Source: Eledone cirrhosa (lineage: Eukaryota). From it: DNA of 64,000 nucleotides. The DNA is taken from positions 174,530,001 through 174,594,000 of the forward strand of contig OZ024742.1 of the NCBI GenBank assembly GCA_964016885.1. The letters are read 5' to 3'. Positions 52,269 through 64,000 of this stretch are shown piece after piece. The notes beneath the pieces are model-generated. The model saw only the letters and a program-made list of their open reading frames with translations, had not been told where the DNA came from and did not search any database. Both the position numbers and the translations under genes were made by a program. How positions within the stretch are numbered: position 1 is the stretch's first letter; the number at the start of each line of letters is the position of its first letter.

Positions 52269-53394
52269 TTTAGGATGGAATTAAAACAATGCAAATGATT
52301 TCATTTCCTTAATCCTTTTGATATCAACCAACCTAAAGCCATCTCTGGTTCTATGAAACAAAACTAACCATTTTAAATGCTTCCTATTTAAGTAAGAATC
52401 TTCCAACATATTTCTATGTAATTAATTCTATCTTCATAATGAAATGATTAATAATTTAATAAGTCTTCAAAACTCATTATTAATTTATTGAAATCGAGTG
52501 TAATTCATTTGATACACAGTCACAAATGAGTTAAAACATTTGAAATAGAGGTTGAACTCTATGATTTTACAATGTGCTGCAATTAGCATATGTTTGTTTT
52601 ATCATTTTAGCCATTAGAATGCAGCCATATGTATTTATTTAAACAGATTATAAGTTCAAGAACAGAATATCAGATTTAACCCTTCCCTTAATTCAGAAAG
52701 TCATAAAGGATGAATGAGAGAATATAAAGTATGTTATCAGCTACAAGCTTAAAAATATATTAAATAGAATGAATTTTACACCATTTGATAAATTGAAAAT
52801 AACAATTTCATATACCTTAATAAGCTAACATTTATAACTCAAGTAAACTGAATATTCAAATAAATTAATGATCTACATAATATTAATAAAATAACAATAG
52901 TAATAATTATTTCTGATTTAGGCACATGGCCAACAATTTTTGGGGAGGGGAAAGTCAATTAAATGAACCCCAGTGCATTACTGGTATATTATTTTATCAA
53001 CCACATAAGGATAAAAGGGAAGGCTAACTTTGGCGGGATTTAACTCAAAACGTAAAGGGATGTAACTCTATATCACCGAGTATGTTGTTTGATTCTCAAT
53101 TGATACTGCCAATAAACCACCATAACAACACTAATAATAATGGTTTATGATTTAGCCACAAGGCCAGCAAATGTTTTGGGAGTAGGGGAAAGTCGATTAA
53201 ATCGACTCCAGTGTGTGACTGGTACTTTATTTTATCGACCCCATAAGGATGAAAGACAAAGCTAACTTTGGCAGAATTTGAACTCAGAACTTAGGAGACC
53301 ATAACTCGATGATGTAAAAGCATGTTGTCTGATACTGCCAATCTAGCACCCTAACAACAACAGTAATAATAATAGAAAGTGTAGTAGTAGTCCT

Positions 53395-53680
53395 GATGGA
53401 AATGAAGAAAAATATATTGACTTGAAGATTGAAATTGCACCAGTTTAACAACATTAAAATATTTCCAGTTGTCATTGAAGTTTTAAGCTAGACACCACAA
53501 AAACTGAGGAGGTATTTTCAGCAAATAGACTTCGAATCACAAATTGGTCTACTACAACAGACTGCCCAGTTGGACATTGTAAAGATACTCAAGGAACAAT
53601 GCATATTTATCGAGATGCAATAGGCAGCAGAAGATTGAGTAAATTTATTTACTGTGAAAACCATCAACATTAATTATTAT
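53395..53680 (+). mobile_element. R4/Dong-like non-LTR retrotransposon 3' fragment
   Basis: KKKYIDLKIEI..IFPVVIEVLS..LQQTAQLDIVKILK resembles EK..KY.DL..E..V.PVVIGALG..LQK.ALLGT..IL; embedded in TAA/TAG-type repeats. Confidence 0.6.
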
Positions 53681-55175
53681 TATAGCCCGAAGAGTTTGGC
53701 TTTGGTTTTTATCCCTACAGGGGTTGATAAAATAAAGTACCAGTAATGCACTGAGTTGAATTTATTCGACTTTTCCATCTCCAAAATTGTTGGCCTTGTC
53801 CTTAATCAGAAACCACTATAATAATTACCAATAAAAATGAAAATAAGAAAATGAATATAACACTAATCTTGATACAAATAATAATACTTTCTAAATCGAC
53901 ACAAAGCCAACAATTTGGGGGAAGTGGAAAGTCAATTATATTGACCCCAGTACTTAACTGGTAATTTATTTTATCTAAACCAAAAAGATGAAAGGCAATG
54001 TTGACCTCGGCAGGATTTGAATTCAGAACATAGAAAGTTGAACTAAATAATGCCAAGTATTTTGTGCATCAGTCTACTGATACTATCAACCCCCTACCCA
54101 AGTAATATTATGAATAATAAGAACATATACTTCAATTATTAAACTTATGACCCAGATATACTATGTTTCTATCTATTTTCTATTCCTGCACTAACACACT
54201 TATGAATGACTGAAAGCAGTAAAAGAATCAAAGAATAATTCATTTATGTAAATATTTATAAACAAAGTATGGAAATATATCAAGGCAATAAATGAAATTA
54301 TTTACTATCAATATAGCTAATGACCTGTGTGAACCTTTCTTACTACGATTAACATACTCTTGACATTTTATAAAATGATTTATCCCAAAATGTTTTGATT
54401 AAATAACTTCGAAGTAGAATCCATTGCAATTCCTGATGATGTAATTTTATTTAATTATTTTTATTGAGTGTATTTATTTTTAATGTTAAGAAAATCTGAA
54501 TGAAAATCTTCTTTGAAATAAAAAAAAAAACTATTGTAACTGATATTTGAATCCAAAGTTATTTGTCAGATATATTAAACTTTGACCCAGGCACACATTT
54601 ATACCACATTAAAACCTGATTCTCAAACGATGCTGCATTTAATCACTGCTTTAATTTGAAATACAGTTCTCTTCTTTTGACTATTTCTTTAACTTCTTGA
54701 AGAGACAAATTGCTTTATCTTTTCTTATTACCATTTCCTTTTATTATTGCGCTTGAATAGCACCAATTAAATAAATCGGTAATCAACAATTGATCTTTTA
54801 ACCTAATCATTTCCTGTCATTCCCAAGTCTGTAATGAATTTTCAATTTCTTTTCAGTAGCAAAGCAGAATGAGACATAATCTTTTCGAAATAATTCTATT
54901 CTGTTCTCCTCTTTAAAGTTACATTTGGCTCAAAATTTGTTTACATTGTTTTTTATATATATGTATATATATATATATTGTTTATTTAAAATCATCCTTT
55001 CAATTCAATGAAATTATTCTCCTCATATACTTGCCTGTGATTCTTCGTATTGATTCTTGAACTTCCAACATCTTCAGTTTATCTAAAAATCAGATAATCA
55101 TCCACATCTCATTGACAAAGCTATAATTTCACAGAATTCTTGTTTTTTTTATTATTGTTTTACTACAACTACTAT

Positions 55176-55207
<32 letters not shown>

Positions 55208-55337
55208 TTATTATTATTATTTGATTTATTTTTTCTTTGTCAGCTTGGGAAAAAATAGAATGCAAACAAATATTAAAATGATGGCAATGAAGACAATGAA
55301 AATGATGATAATGATAATAACGCTAATAATAATAGTG

Positions 55338-56470
55338 TAGTTGATGGCACTGTGGTGGTGGTAGTGGTATTGTGGTGGTGGTAGCAGGAATGTGGTGGTG
55401 GTAGTGGTATGGTGGTGGTGGTGGTAGCAGGAATGTGGTGGTGGTGGTAGTGGTATGGTGGTGTTGGTAGCAGGAATGTGTTGGTGGTAGTGGTATTGTG
55501 GTTGTAGTAATGGTAATGTGGTGGTGGTGGTAGTGGTATTGTGGTAGTTGTAGTGGTATTATGGTTGTGGTAGTGGTAATGTGGTGGTGGTAGTGGTATG
55601 GTGGCGGTGGTGGTAGCAGGAATGTGGTGGTGGTAGTGGTAATGTGGTGGTATTACGGTTGTGGTAGTGGTATTGTGGTAGTTGTAGTGGTATTGTGGTT
55701 GTGGTAATGTGGTGGTGGTACTGGCATTGTGGTGGTGGTAGTGGTAATGTGGTGGTGATAGTGGCATTGTGGTGATGGTAGTGGTATTGTGGTTGTAGTA
55801 GTGGTAATGTGGTGGTGGTAGTGGTATTGTGGTGGTGGTAGTGATATTATGGTTGTGGTAGTGGTAATGTGGTGATGGTAGTGGTATTGTGGTTGTGGTA
55901 GTGGTGTTGTGGTAGTGGTATTGTGGTGGTGGTACTGGTATTGTGGTGGTGGTAGCAGGAATGTGGTGATGGTAGTGATATTGTGGTGGTGATAGTGGTA
56001 TTGTGGTGATGGTAGTGGTATTGTGTTGATGCTAGTGGTATTGTGGAGGTGGTAGTGATAATGTGGTGGTGGTAGTGGTATTGTGGTGATGGCAGTGGTA
56101 TTGTGGTGGTGGTAGCAGGAATGTGGTGATGGTAGTGATATTGTGGTGATGGTAGTGGTATTGTGGTGATGGTAGTGGTATTGTGGTGATGGTAGTGGTA
56201 TTGTGGAGGTGGTAGTGGTAATGTGGTGGTGGTAGTCGTATTGTGGTGATGGTAGTGGAAATTGTCGTGAAATTATGGTAATGATAGTGGTGGTGTAATA
56301 ATGGTAATGATGTGGTGGTTGTAGAGATATTGTTGTAATGGCAGTGGTTTTGTAGTGATGGTAATGGTATTGTGGTGATGGTAGTGGTATTGTGATGGTA
56401 GTGGTATTGTGGTGGTGGTTTTAGTATTGTGGTTGTATTGTGGTGATTGTGGTGGTAATGGTGATTGTAG
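55338..56470. repeat. GGT/GTA/TTG trinucleotide-based low-complexity array
   Basis: Degenerate TGTGGTGGTGGTAGTGGTAT units of about 18-24 bp. Confidence 0.95.
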
Positions 56471-58694
56471 TAATCGATAAAGGTTGTGTTGCTGCCATGT
56501 TAGGCTGAAATGAAGAAATCTAACAGCAGAAAAACATTACATTTACGGAGCTAGGCCATGGACAATGAGGTGATTTTTCACTGTTGGCAGCTCACCTTAC
56601 TGAAATCTCAGGTATTGCACATGAAGCTGCTTTGCTATCCCAGCACATTACCCTGGCTGTCACCTATTGATATCAATGCTATTAATATCATGGCTTGCCT
56701 CAAACATTTTTAGAGGGAAACATCAGCATCCCCTGTTGTAGTTTGTAATTGAGTGGCTTAGTGGTTAGGGTATTGGATTCCTGATTGTAAGATCATGAGT
56801 TTGATTTCCAGAGAGGCAACTTTCGTCCTCGAGCAAGACACTTTATTTCATATTGCTCCCTCTAGTCAACTCAACTGGAAAACTTGATTTGCAATGACAC
56901 TGGTGTCAAGCTATATCAGCTTTTCTGTTACCCTTGAATGACATCTATCACTGGGAAAAAGAAGACTGGCATACAGAACAGCTGCTGAATTTTTCACAAA
57001 ACACCTTGTTCAGGCTTGCTCTTAGCAAATGATCTTTCTAGGTACAAACCTATGAAAAATCATGACCAAAAGGAACCCACATTCAGTGAGCACATCACTC
57101 ATTTTTCACCTCAAATTTCCATTGATTTGTTTCTTTTGTAAATCCTCATCATCATTCTCTAACATCTACTTTCCCTGCTAGTAAAATTTAGACGGGTCTT
57201 CAGAGATAGAGTCAATACTGAAGTGGAATTACTGACCTTCCAGACAGGCCAGGAGACTGCAGCTTGCAGTCCTACACACTACCAAGTGATGGCACCAGCA
57301 CTAGGGATGTTGTCATATTTTGACAAAACTGAAGGGGTCTCCTATTCTTCTGTAAATCATATTTATTATATAAATTATATTTATAGTTTCCAGTAGATTT
57401 GGTTGAAAACTGAAATTAAATGAAATGTACTGATATTAATTCATCAATTTTGACATCACAGTCATAGTGAAGTCATTTATATTTTCAATGTACCATTATA
57501 CAACAACACTAATTTAATTTTTATTTTATTTCTCTAACTTTATTGTCTAGACTTGTCTCAAAAATGTTAAGAGAGAAACACTAAGATCCTCTGGTGTAAC
57601 TTGTAGTTGTGTGTGCATCTCTTCCTTCATTTTCACCTCTCTGGCTAATAATTATTGATTAATTTTTTTAGACATTATATAAATATATATAAATATGGCT
57701 GGCGATCTCTCTCAAATGGAGACAAAATAATGCAGAAACGACTCTTTAGTCTGTTACACATATGACAACTTATATAGTGCTGGTGTCATGATAAAATGCA
57801 CACTGTGCAATCTGTAAGATATTGGTGATGGAGTCATGCTAAAAGGCATCTGGTACACTCTGTAATGTAGTGATGCTGGTGCCATGATAAAATGCACCCA
57901 GTACACTCTCTAAAATGATAGTGCTGATGCTATGACAGATGCATGCATAGGTTGGTATTGCTAGTGTCATGATGAAATGCACCCAGTACACTCAATAAAG
58001 TGGTGGTTCTGGTGCAATGACAAAATACACCCAGTCAACTCTGTATAGTGGTAGTGCTGATGCCATAATAAAATGCCCCAGTACATTCTGCAAAGTGCCA
58101 ATATTGATTCCATAAAAATCACCCCCAATACAACCTGTAAGGTGATTGGTGTTAGGAAAAGCATCCAACCATAGAAACCTTACCAAATATGGTATGTATA
58201 AGCAAGATGAAATCTCTCTGGCCTATCTAATCTCAGACTCTGACAACCAGTACAACTTATGCCAGTTTAGAAGATTAATGTAAAACTAATGATGATGAAA
58301 TTTGAAATTCACTATACAAAATAAAAAGTACTATATTGTGAGCTGTACAGTGTTTGCAGTGCTGTTATAAGGAATTATAAAGTCTTTGAGTCAGTTATAC
58401 CTGGAGTAATCAGATGGAAACTAACAAAATGGTAGAATACTGAAATAAGGGTAAAAATAACTTAGTATGAAACATATGTGTAGGTATGCTTGTCATATGA
58501 GTGAATATAATTAAATATAAGTGTGTGTTTGTATGAATGTTTGTATATGTAAGCTTATAATATATCACTTAGGAACAAATACAAAATATATATACTTTGA
58601 ATAAAGTATATTTCACTCAACCTTTTGAGCTATACTTAGTATACACCAGCAGGTAACTACTTTTTACTTAGCTTGTACACACACACATTCACAC

Positions 58695-58728
<34 letters not shown>

Positions 58729-59849
58729 ATAAGGAAACTAGAATCATGAAAAAAGCAAAAATCTATTTTTATCTAATATTTCTAGTTCAAGTTTCTCCTT
58801 CTTCAACTGGAATGGTTTACAAATATTTTAAAGTGATGTATATTTGGTGTTGTAACTTTCACATTTTCTAAACTGCTTCCCAGTAAGCATAATAAGGCTG
58901 CACTCCAGAACTACTCAGGTTTTATTTCACATCTGTACCTTATATAATTATTTTTAAAGGAGAATTAACTGTTTCGAAGCGATATCAATGAGATTGGCTT
59001 CAGCAGTAATATCACTCATAGCCCAATTCTCTACCTCTCTTCATTTTCCTTTCTTAAGCAAATGTACTACCAGAAGATCCATTAGATTTTTCAATCCATT
59101 AAAAGTTTGTATTTAGTGTCTACTAAATAAACATTTATTTCTTCATATAAACTATTATTGATTACTTTTTTTATTTTTCTCAAGATTCTGATTTTATGTG
59201 AGGTAAATGGAAAATTGAGATAGATTTAAGAGTCTATAAAATCTTCACTTTGTCTTTGAATCTCCATCATATACATTAGCCAGCTCACCTCTTGCAATAC
59301 TGAAAATACACACTTGGACCATATTATGTATGCACCAAGCGAAACGTATTACACAAACTTTTAGAATAACTATTGTAGAATAAATTCACCCTAACTTTAT
59401 GTAAACTATTAAATGGATTTATTTTGTCCATTGAACACTCTTTCTCTGTGAATGATATATTTGTAAGACTGATTTATGTCTTTGTTGCTGCAATGACTTG
59501 TGGCTACATATCAAAATTTTATGTCCATGTTTTTCATCTTGAGAATATTGTAGTATATTCTAAACACAGGACAGCATGTTATAAAACCCAATAAAAATAT
59601 TGATTCTTTGAAGGACCTCCAAAATGTTGAGTCTTCTTGCTTATATATTTTATACACCATCTTTTAGCATTCTAATTCCCTCACAATTAATGTTTTTACT
59701 TACACACATATCAATATATTATGAATAGCTTAGACATATATTAGCTCAATTAATTAGATCAACCATCATTCAACGTAATTGTAACCTATTTTACATCAGT
59801 ATAATTAAGACTTTTATATATTCTTAACAATTTAGAACAAACCACAAAA

Positions 59850-60797
59850 GAGATGTCAGTTGACAACAACAGAGATGTCAGATGACAACAACAATTGAGA
59901 GTCAGTTGACAACAACAACAACAACAACAGCTGAGATGTCAGTTGACAACAACAATTGAGATGTCAGTTGACAACAACTGAGATGTCAGTTGACAACAAC
60001 TGAGATGTCAGTTGACAACAACAACAGAGACGTCAGTTGACAACAACAACTGAGATGTCAGTTGACAACAACAACTGAGATGTCAGTTGACAACAACATT
60101 TGAGATGTCAGTTGACAACAACAACTGAGATGTTGGTTGACAACAACATTTGAGATGTCAGTTGACAACAACATTTGAGATGTCAGTTGACAACAACAAT
60201 TGAGATGCCAGTTGACAACAACAACTGAGATGTCAGTTGACAACAATAACTGAAATGTCAGTTAACAACAACAACAACAACAGAGATGTCAGTGGACAAA
60301 AATAATTGAGATGTCAGTTGACAACAACAACTGAGAGGTCAGTTGACAACAACAACAGAGAGGTCAGTTGACAACAACAACTGACATGTCAGTTGACAAC
60401 AACAACTGAGATGTCAATTGACAACAACAACTGAGATGTCAGTTGACAACAACAATTTAGATGTCAGTTGACAACAACTGAGATGTCAGTTGACAACAAC
60501 AACAGAGATGTCAAGTGTTATGTCAGTTGACAACAACAACAACAGAGATGTCAGTTGACAACAACAATAGAGATGTCAGTTGACAAAAACAATTGAGATG
60601 TCAGTTGACAACAACAATTGAGATGTCAGTTGAAAACAACAATTGAGATGTCAGTTGACAACAACAGAGATATAGTTGACAACAACAACAACAACAATAA
60701 ACCTCAATAACAGGGATGTTGGTTGACAACAACAACATCAACAACAACAATAGACCTCAATAACAGAGATGTCAGTTGACAACAACAACAAGTGTCA
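59850..60797. repeat. Minisatellite GAGATGTCAGTTGAC(AAC)n, roughly 35-40 copies
   Basis: Constant core containing the palindrome TGTCA-gt-TGACA, separated by variable AAC runs. Confidence 0.95.
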
Positions 60798-61735
60798 ACA
60801 AAACTTTAAACAAAAATAGCATTAAGAGTGAAACGATCTAATTTCCTGGTATAAATATCATATGTACAAATAAACCTGAATATATAGGTGACAATTGTAC
60901 AAAGATGTAGCACTTAAAATATTCACTTTCTGGATATATGTGAAATTTCAACATGGTCTTTGGTTTAGAGAATGGCACTGGCAACTTTCAAGAGACAAAG
61001 AAAAACGTTTATGATTAATTAGCATAACAGGAATTTCAGCAAGATTTCTGGTTAAGAAAAAAACCCACTAAATATCAATTGTTTTTATATCAAGCTTCAA
61101 GACACAAACGAAGCGATAAATTTATGATTTGTTCAGAGAAGTAGTGAGACTGTTGACAACATTTCAAGTGGCCAATGGTTTCATTTTTGTATTGAATGTG
61201 GATGAGCTGAGGCTACTATGTCTGCTTCCAAGTAATGGTCAGATGAGGATTCAGGACCAACTAAACTCATATGTTTCTTAATGAGAATCATGAATATAGA
61301 GTACCATATAGATAACTATTGGTACAATTTTTTCATGGTCCTTGACCCTCAACAATGAAGGTAGGAAGAGACCAGACCAGACTAGTAATGATTATACTGT
61401 GTGTATCGAGTTGAAAGCAGGTACATGATATAACTGCAAGTTGTAAGAGGCAAGTAAAAGGTTTGGTATCCAAAAAGCTATTCAGTAATAAAATATTGTT
61501 TCAAACTTACAATTTGAAACTTGACATGAGGCCCACCTGGCTAGCTTGTGATTTAGAAGGAAAAATGTCTTTAAATTGCTTGTTGTCTGTTGTATGTGTA
61601 TCCCAGGTTTTGAAATTAGGAGGATTTAAGAGGAGGTGACTAAAAGTATTGGTGTCATGACGAGCATCATTCTAAATCTTTATTTAGATGAGAATAAAAG
61701 CAAAGGTTGAATTTGTATAATTCATATATAATATA

Positions 61736-62589
61736 CTAGTTGAGGTACCCAGCTTCACCCGGAAGAACATTTAAGAGGAGAGAGATAAAAGAGAAAACAA
61801 CTGTATTGGATGCGTTGTCTGGTATGAGGTGAGAGCATAATGTGTATGTGTGAGAGAGACATAAACAAAAAGCATTCATAAAAACTGTACTAACGAAGCA
61901 ACACTTCAGAAGCAATGTTATGTGGTATATTGCTGTGTTTCAGATGATGTCCTTTTGGAGCTGAAAAAGATCATACAGACTATAGTTATTTCACATTTAA
62001 AATCCAGGGTCAATAGTATACCATTTAATTGGCCGTTTACTCGCCCAGCCTAATAAGGAAGGCTGGGCGAGTAAACGGCCAATTAAATGGTATACTATTG
62101 ACCCTGGATTTTAAATGTGAAATAACTATAGTCTGTATGATCTTTTTCAGCTCCAAAAGGACATCATCTGAAACACAGCAATATACCACATACCATTGCT
62201 TCTGAAGTGTTGCTTCGTTAGTACAGACTGTAAGTAGTATATGGATAAAAGCTGGAGGGTAGATTAATTTAAAATAGTATCAATTTATGTAAAATCAAAG
62301 ACTGTAAACTGACTTTATAAAACCCAACACAATATTGTTAAACCTTCAACTTATACTTTTGTGGGACGTCACTCTCTCTCTCTCTGAATATCTAACACTT
62401 TAATTGTATCTGTCTCTGTATAATGGCCTATCTCTCTCTTTCTGCCTCTCCCTCTGTGTCTCTCTCTCTCTTTAGATATGTGTGTGTATGTATTTATGTG
62501 TGTGTGTGTGTATGTGTGTGTAGTTTTTGTGGGATTCAACTAACCAAAGAACCAACCAATTAACATCTTTCTTTTATATTATATATAGA
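61736..62589 (-). mobile_element. Non-autonomous Helitron
   Basis: Minus strand A|TCTATATAATATAAAAG ... degenerate subterminal hairpin (plus strand CCCAGCTTCACCCGG) ... CTAG|T; internal RepHel-like fragment. Confidence 0.75.
61885..62226. repeat. Near-perfect palindrome, 167-bp arms, 8-nt loop
   Basis: 61885-62051 versus 62060-62226; loop AATAAGGA; one mismatch seen (AATGTTATG versus CATACCATT). Confidence 0.97.
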
Positions 62590-62920
62590 TGACCATAATA
62601 ATAATAAGGATTTAGATCGATATCCAGTGATTTCGATCTCATTTACAATTTGCCCACCAACTTCATTTGACACCCATCCATAAGATTAATTGTAATACAG
62701 CATTCCCAGCCAGAAGCCTAAGCTACAAATACAGGGAAATTATTGTCTTAATGGATTAACATATCAAAAAGTTAAAGTACTCATAATTTATTCAATTGAA
62801 ACAGCCAGTATCCACCTAGTTTAGCACACAAAAATCTGCCGGAGTACAAAAATCCACATCAAATGTAGTACATTACTGTTACAACTTCAAATACAGTACT
62901 ATTTCTAGTGATATATATAG

Positions 62921-62982
<62 letters not shown>

Positions 62983-64000
62983 GTGTGTGGTGGGTTATAT
63001 TGGATTTTCTAGCTATATATACTGGTAAAGATTATAGAAGCTCAATGCTAATCAGTATCCATTAACATTTTACATATAGTTGTTATATTTCAAGTTGAAA
63101 GAAATACAACCGTAATGCAGTAATTCAAATGCTGAAATCTCCTAAAAATGTCTATCTTCTAACAGAGGGGGGGGGGGGGTGAACACATTTCACAGCTAGA
63201 AAAATAATTAAATCTTCCATTCTCAAATAGATATATAAAAAATATAAGTTCGGCCATAATTCACAATTAAGTATGACATGATATTATGCACAGTGCTTTC
63301 ACTAAGGTTTTTAGATGTCCTTTGGAAACAGAAATAATTACCTCCTTGACACTTCCTTTCTTGATCCAGTGGAACAGCCAAGATGTGATAGCTGTCAGGT
63401 GAGAAGGAGAGACAGCTGCGCCAGCACTGCACTGGTACTTTTTTTATTGACCCTGAAGAGATAAAAAGCATTGAGTTCAGAGCACTGAAAGCCAGAGCAA
63501 ATAGCCAATGCTTTAACAACTCTTCTAAATGAACCAAATAAATAGTTGATGTTATGTATGAAACTGTAACTCGACGTAGAGTCATAAGGGTGCTCTAGTG
63601 TCATATGGTGTTTCTTGGGCATTTTGATTAAACCTGGCAAAGCTCATCCTCTCTTTAGATTTGAATATGACTAATTTCTTCCAGAATAAGGAAAGAGAGT
63701 GATAGAGAGGAAGTGTAAAAGAGATATAGAGGAAGAACAGATCAAAGTACTAGACTGGTACATTTTTCTACCAACCAGAGAAAGATCTACGGCAAAACTG
63801 ACCTCAGCAGGATTTGACCTGAAAGCACAGAAAACCAGAACCAAAACCAATGCTCTAATGACCATGCAAATTTGTTCTCTGTAAATGTAATATATCACAC
63901 CTAATTCACAACTTGGATAAATGGGTTGAAAGTTTAAGCCTGTGAGAGCATTGGTGAATAAAGCAGTCAGAGTTGAGGAATAAACAAAAAACCAATATGC

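Noticed and set aside
55273-55767. His/Thr/Pro-rich 164-aa ORF
   Set aside because: Reverse complement of a GGT-type simple repeat, with no splice or homology support.
59850-60797. CRISPR-like array of palindromic repeats with spacers
   Set aside because: The spacers are only AAC runs, not unique sequences; there are no cas genes; the context is eukaryotic.

Overview
AT-rich, repeat-saturated eukaryotic DNA with many (TA)n, (CA)n and (GA)n microsatellites. The tRNA-derived SINEs resemble the OK/OR families I recall from octopods, so an octopod cephalopod host is likely (inference). I recognise no intact host gene; there are only a few speculative minus-strand micro-exons. The window holds decayed transposons of many classes: two Neptune-type Penelope-like elements (PLEs), one of them C-rich with 1.7-kb pseudo-LTRs; RTE, Rex3/Expander, CRE and R4/Dong non-LTR fragments; three mariner relics; a full-length SPIN/Buster-type hAT with TIRs and TSD; a non-autonomous Helitron; piggyBac-type MITEs; SINEs; and minisatellites. 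The main signal is RNA structure. About a dozen minimal type-I hammerhead ribozyme (HHR) motifs from about seven unrelated families lie in or beside (TA)n tracts. About half sit in short ORF-less fold-back insertions with a shared layout: short inverted arm, long arm, 3' tail. One ORF-less 436-nt HHR unit occurs as a head-to-tail dimer (44.1-45.0 kb) and again at 16.3-16.9 kb with the same junction and the same 3' end, which looks like a retrozyme (circular RNA parasite). A Helitron at 61.7-62.6 kb carries a near-perfect hairpin with 167-bp arms built from Helitron RepHel coding sequence, a candidate self-silencing locus. All calls were made by eye and coordinates are approximate to a few bases.
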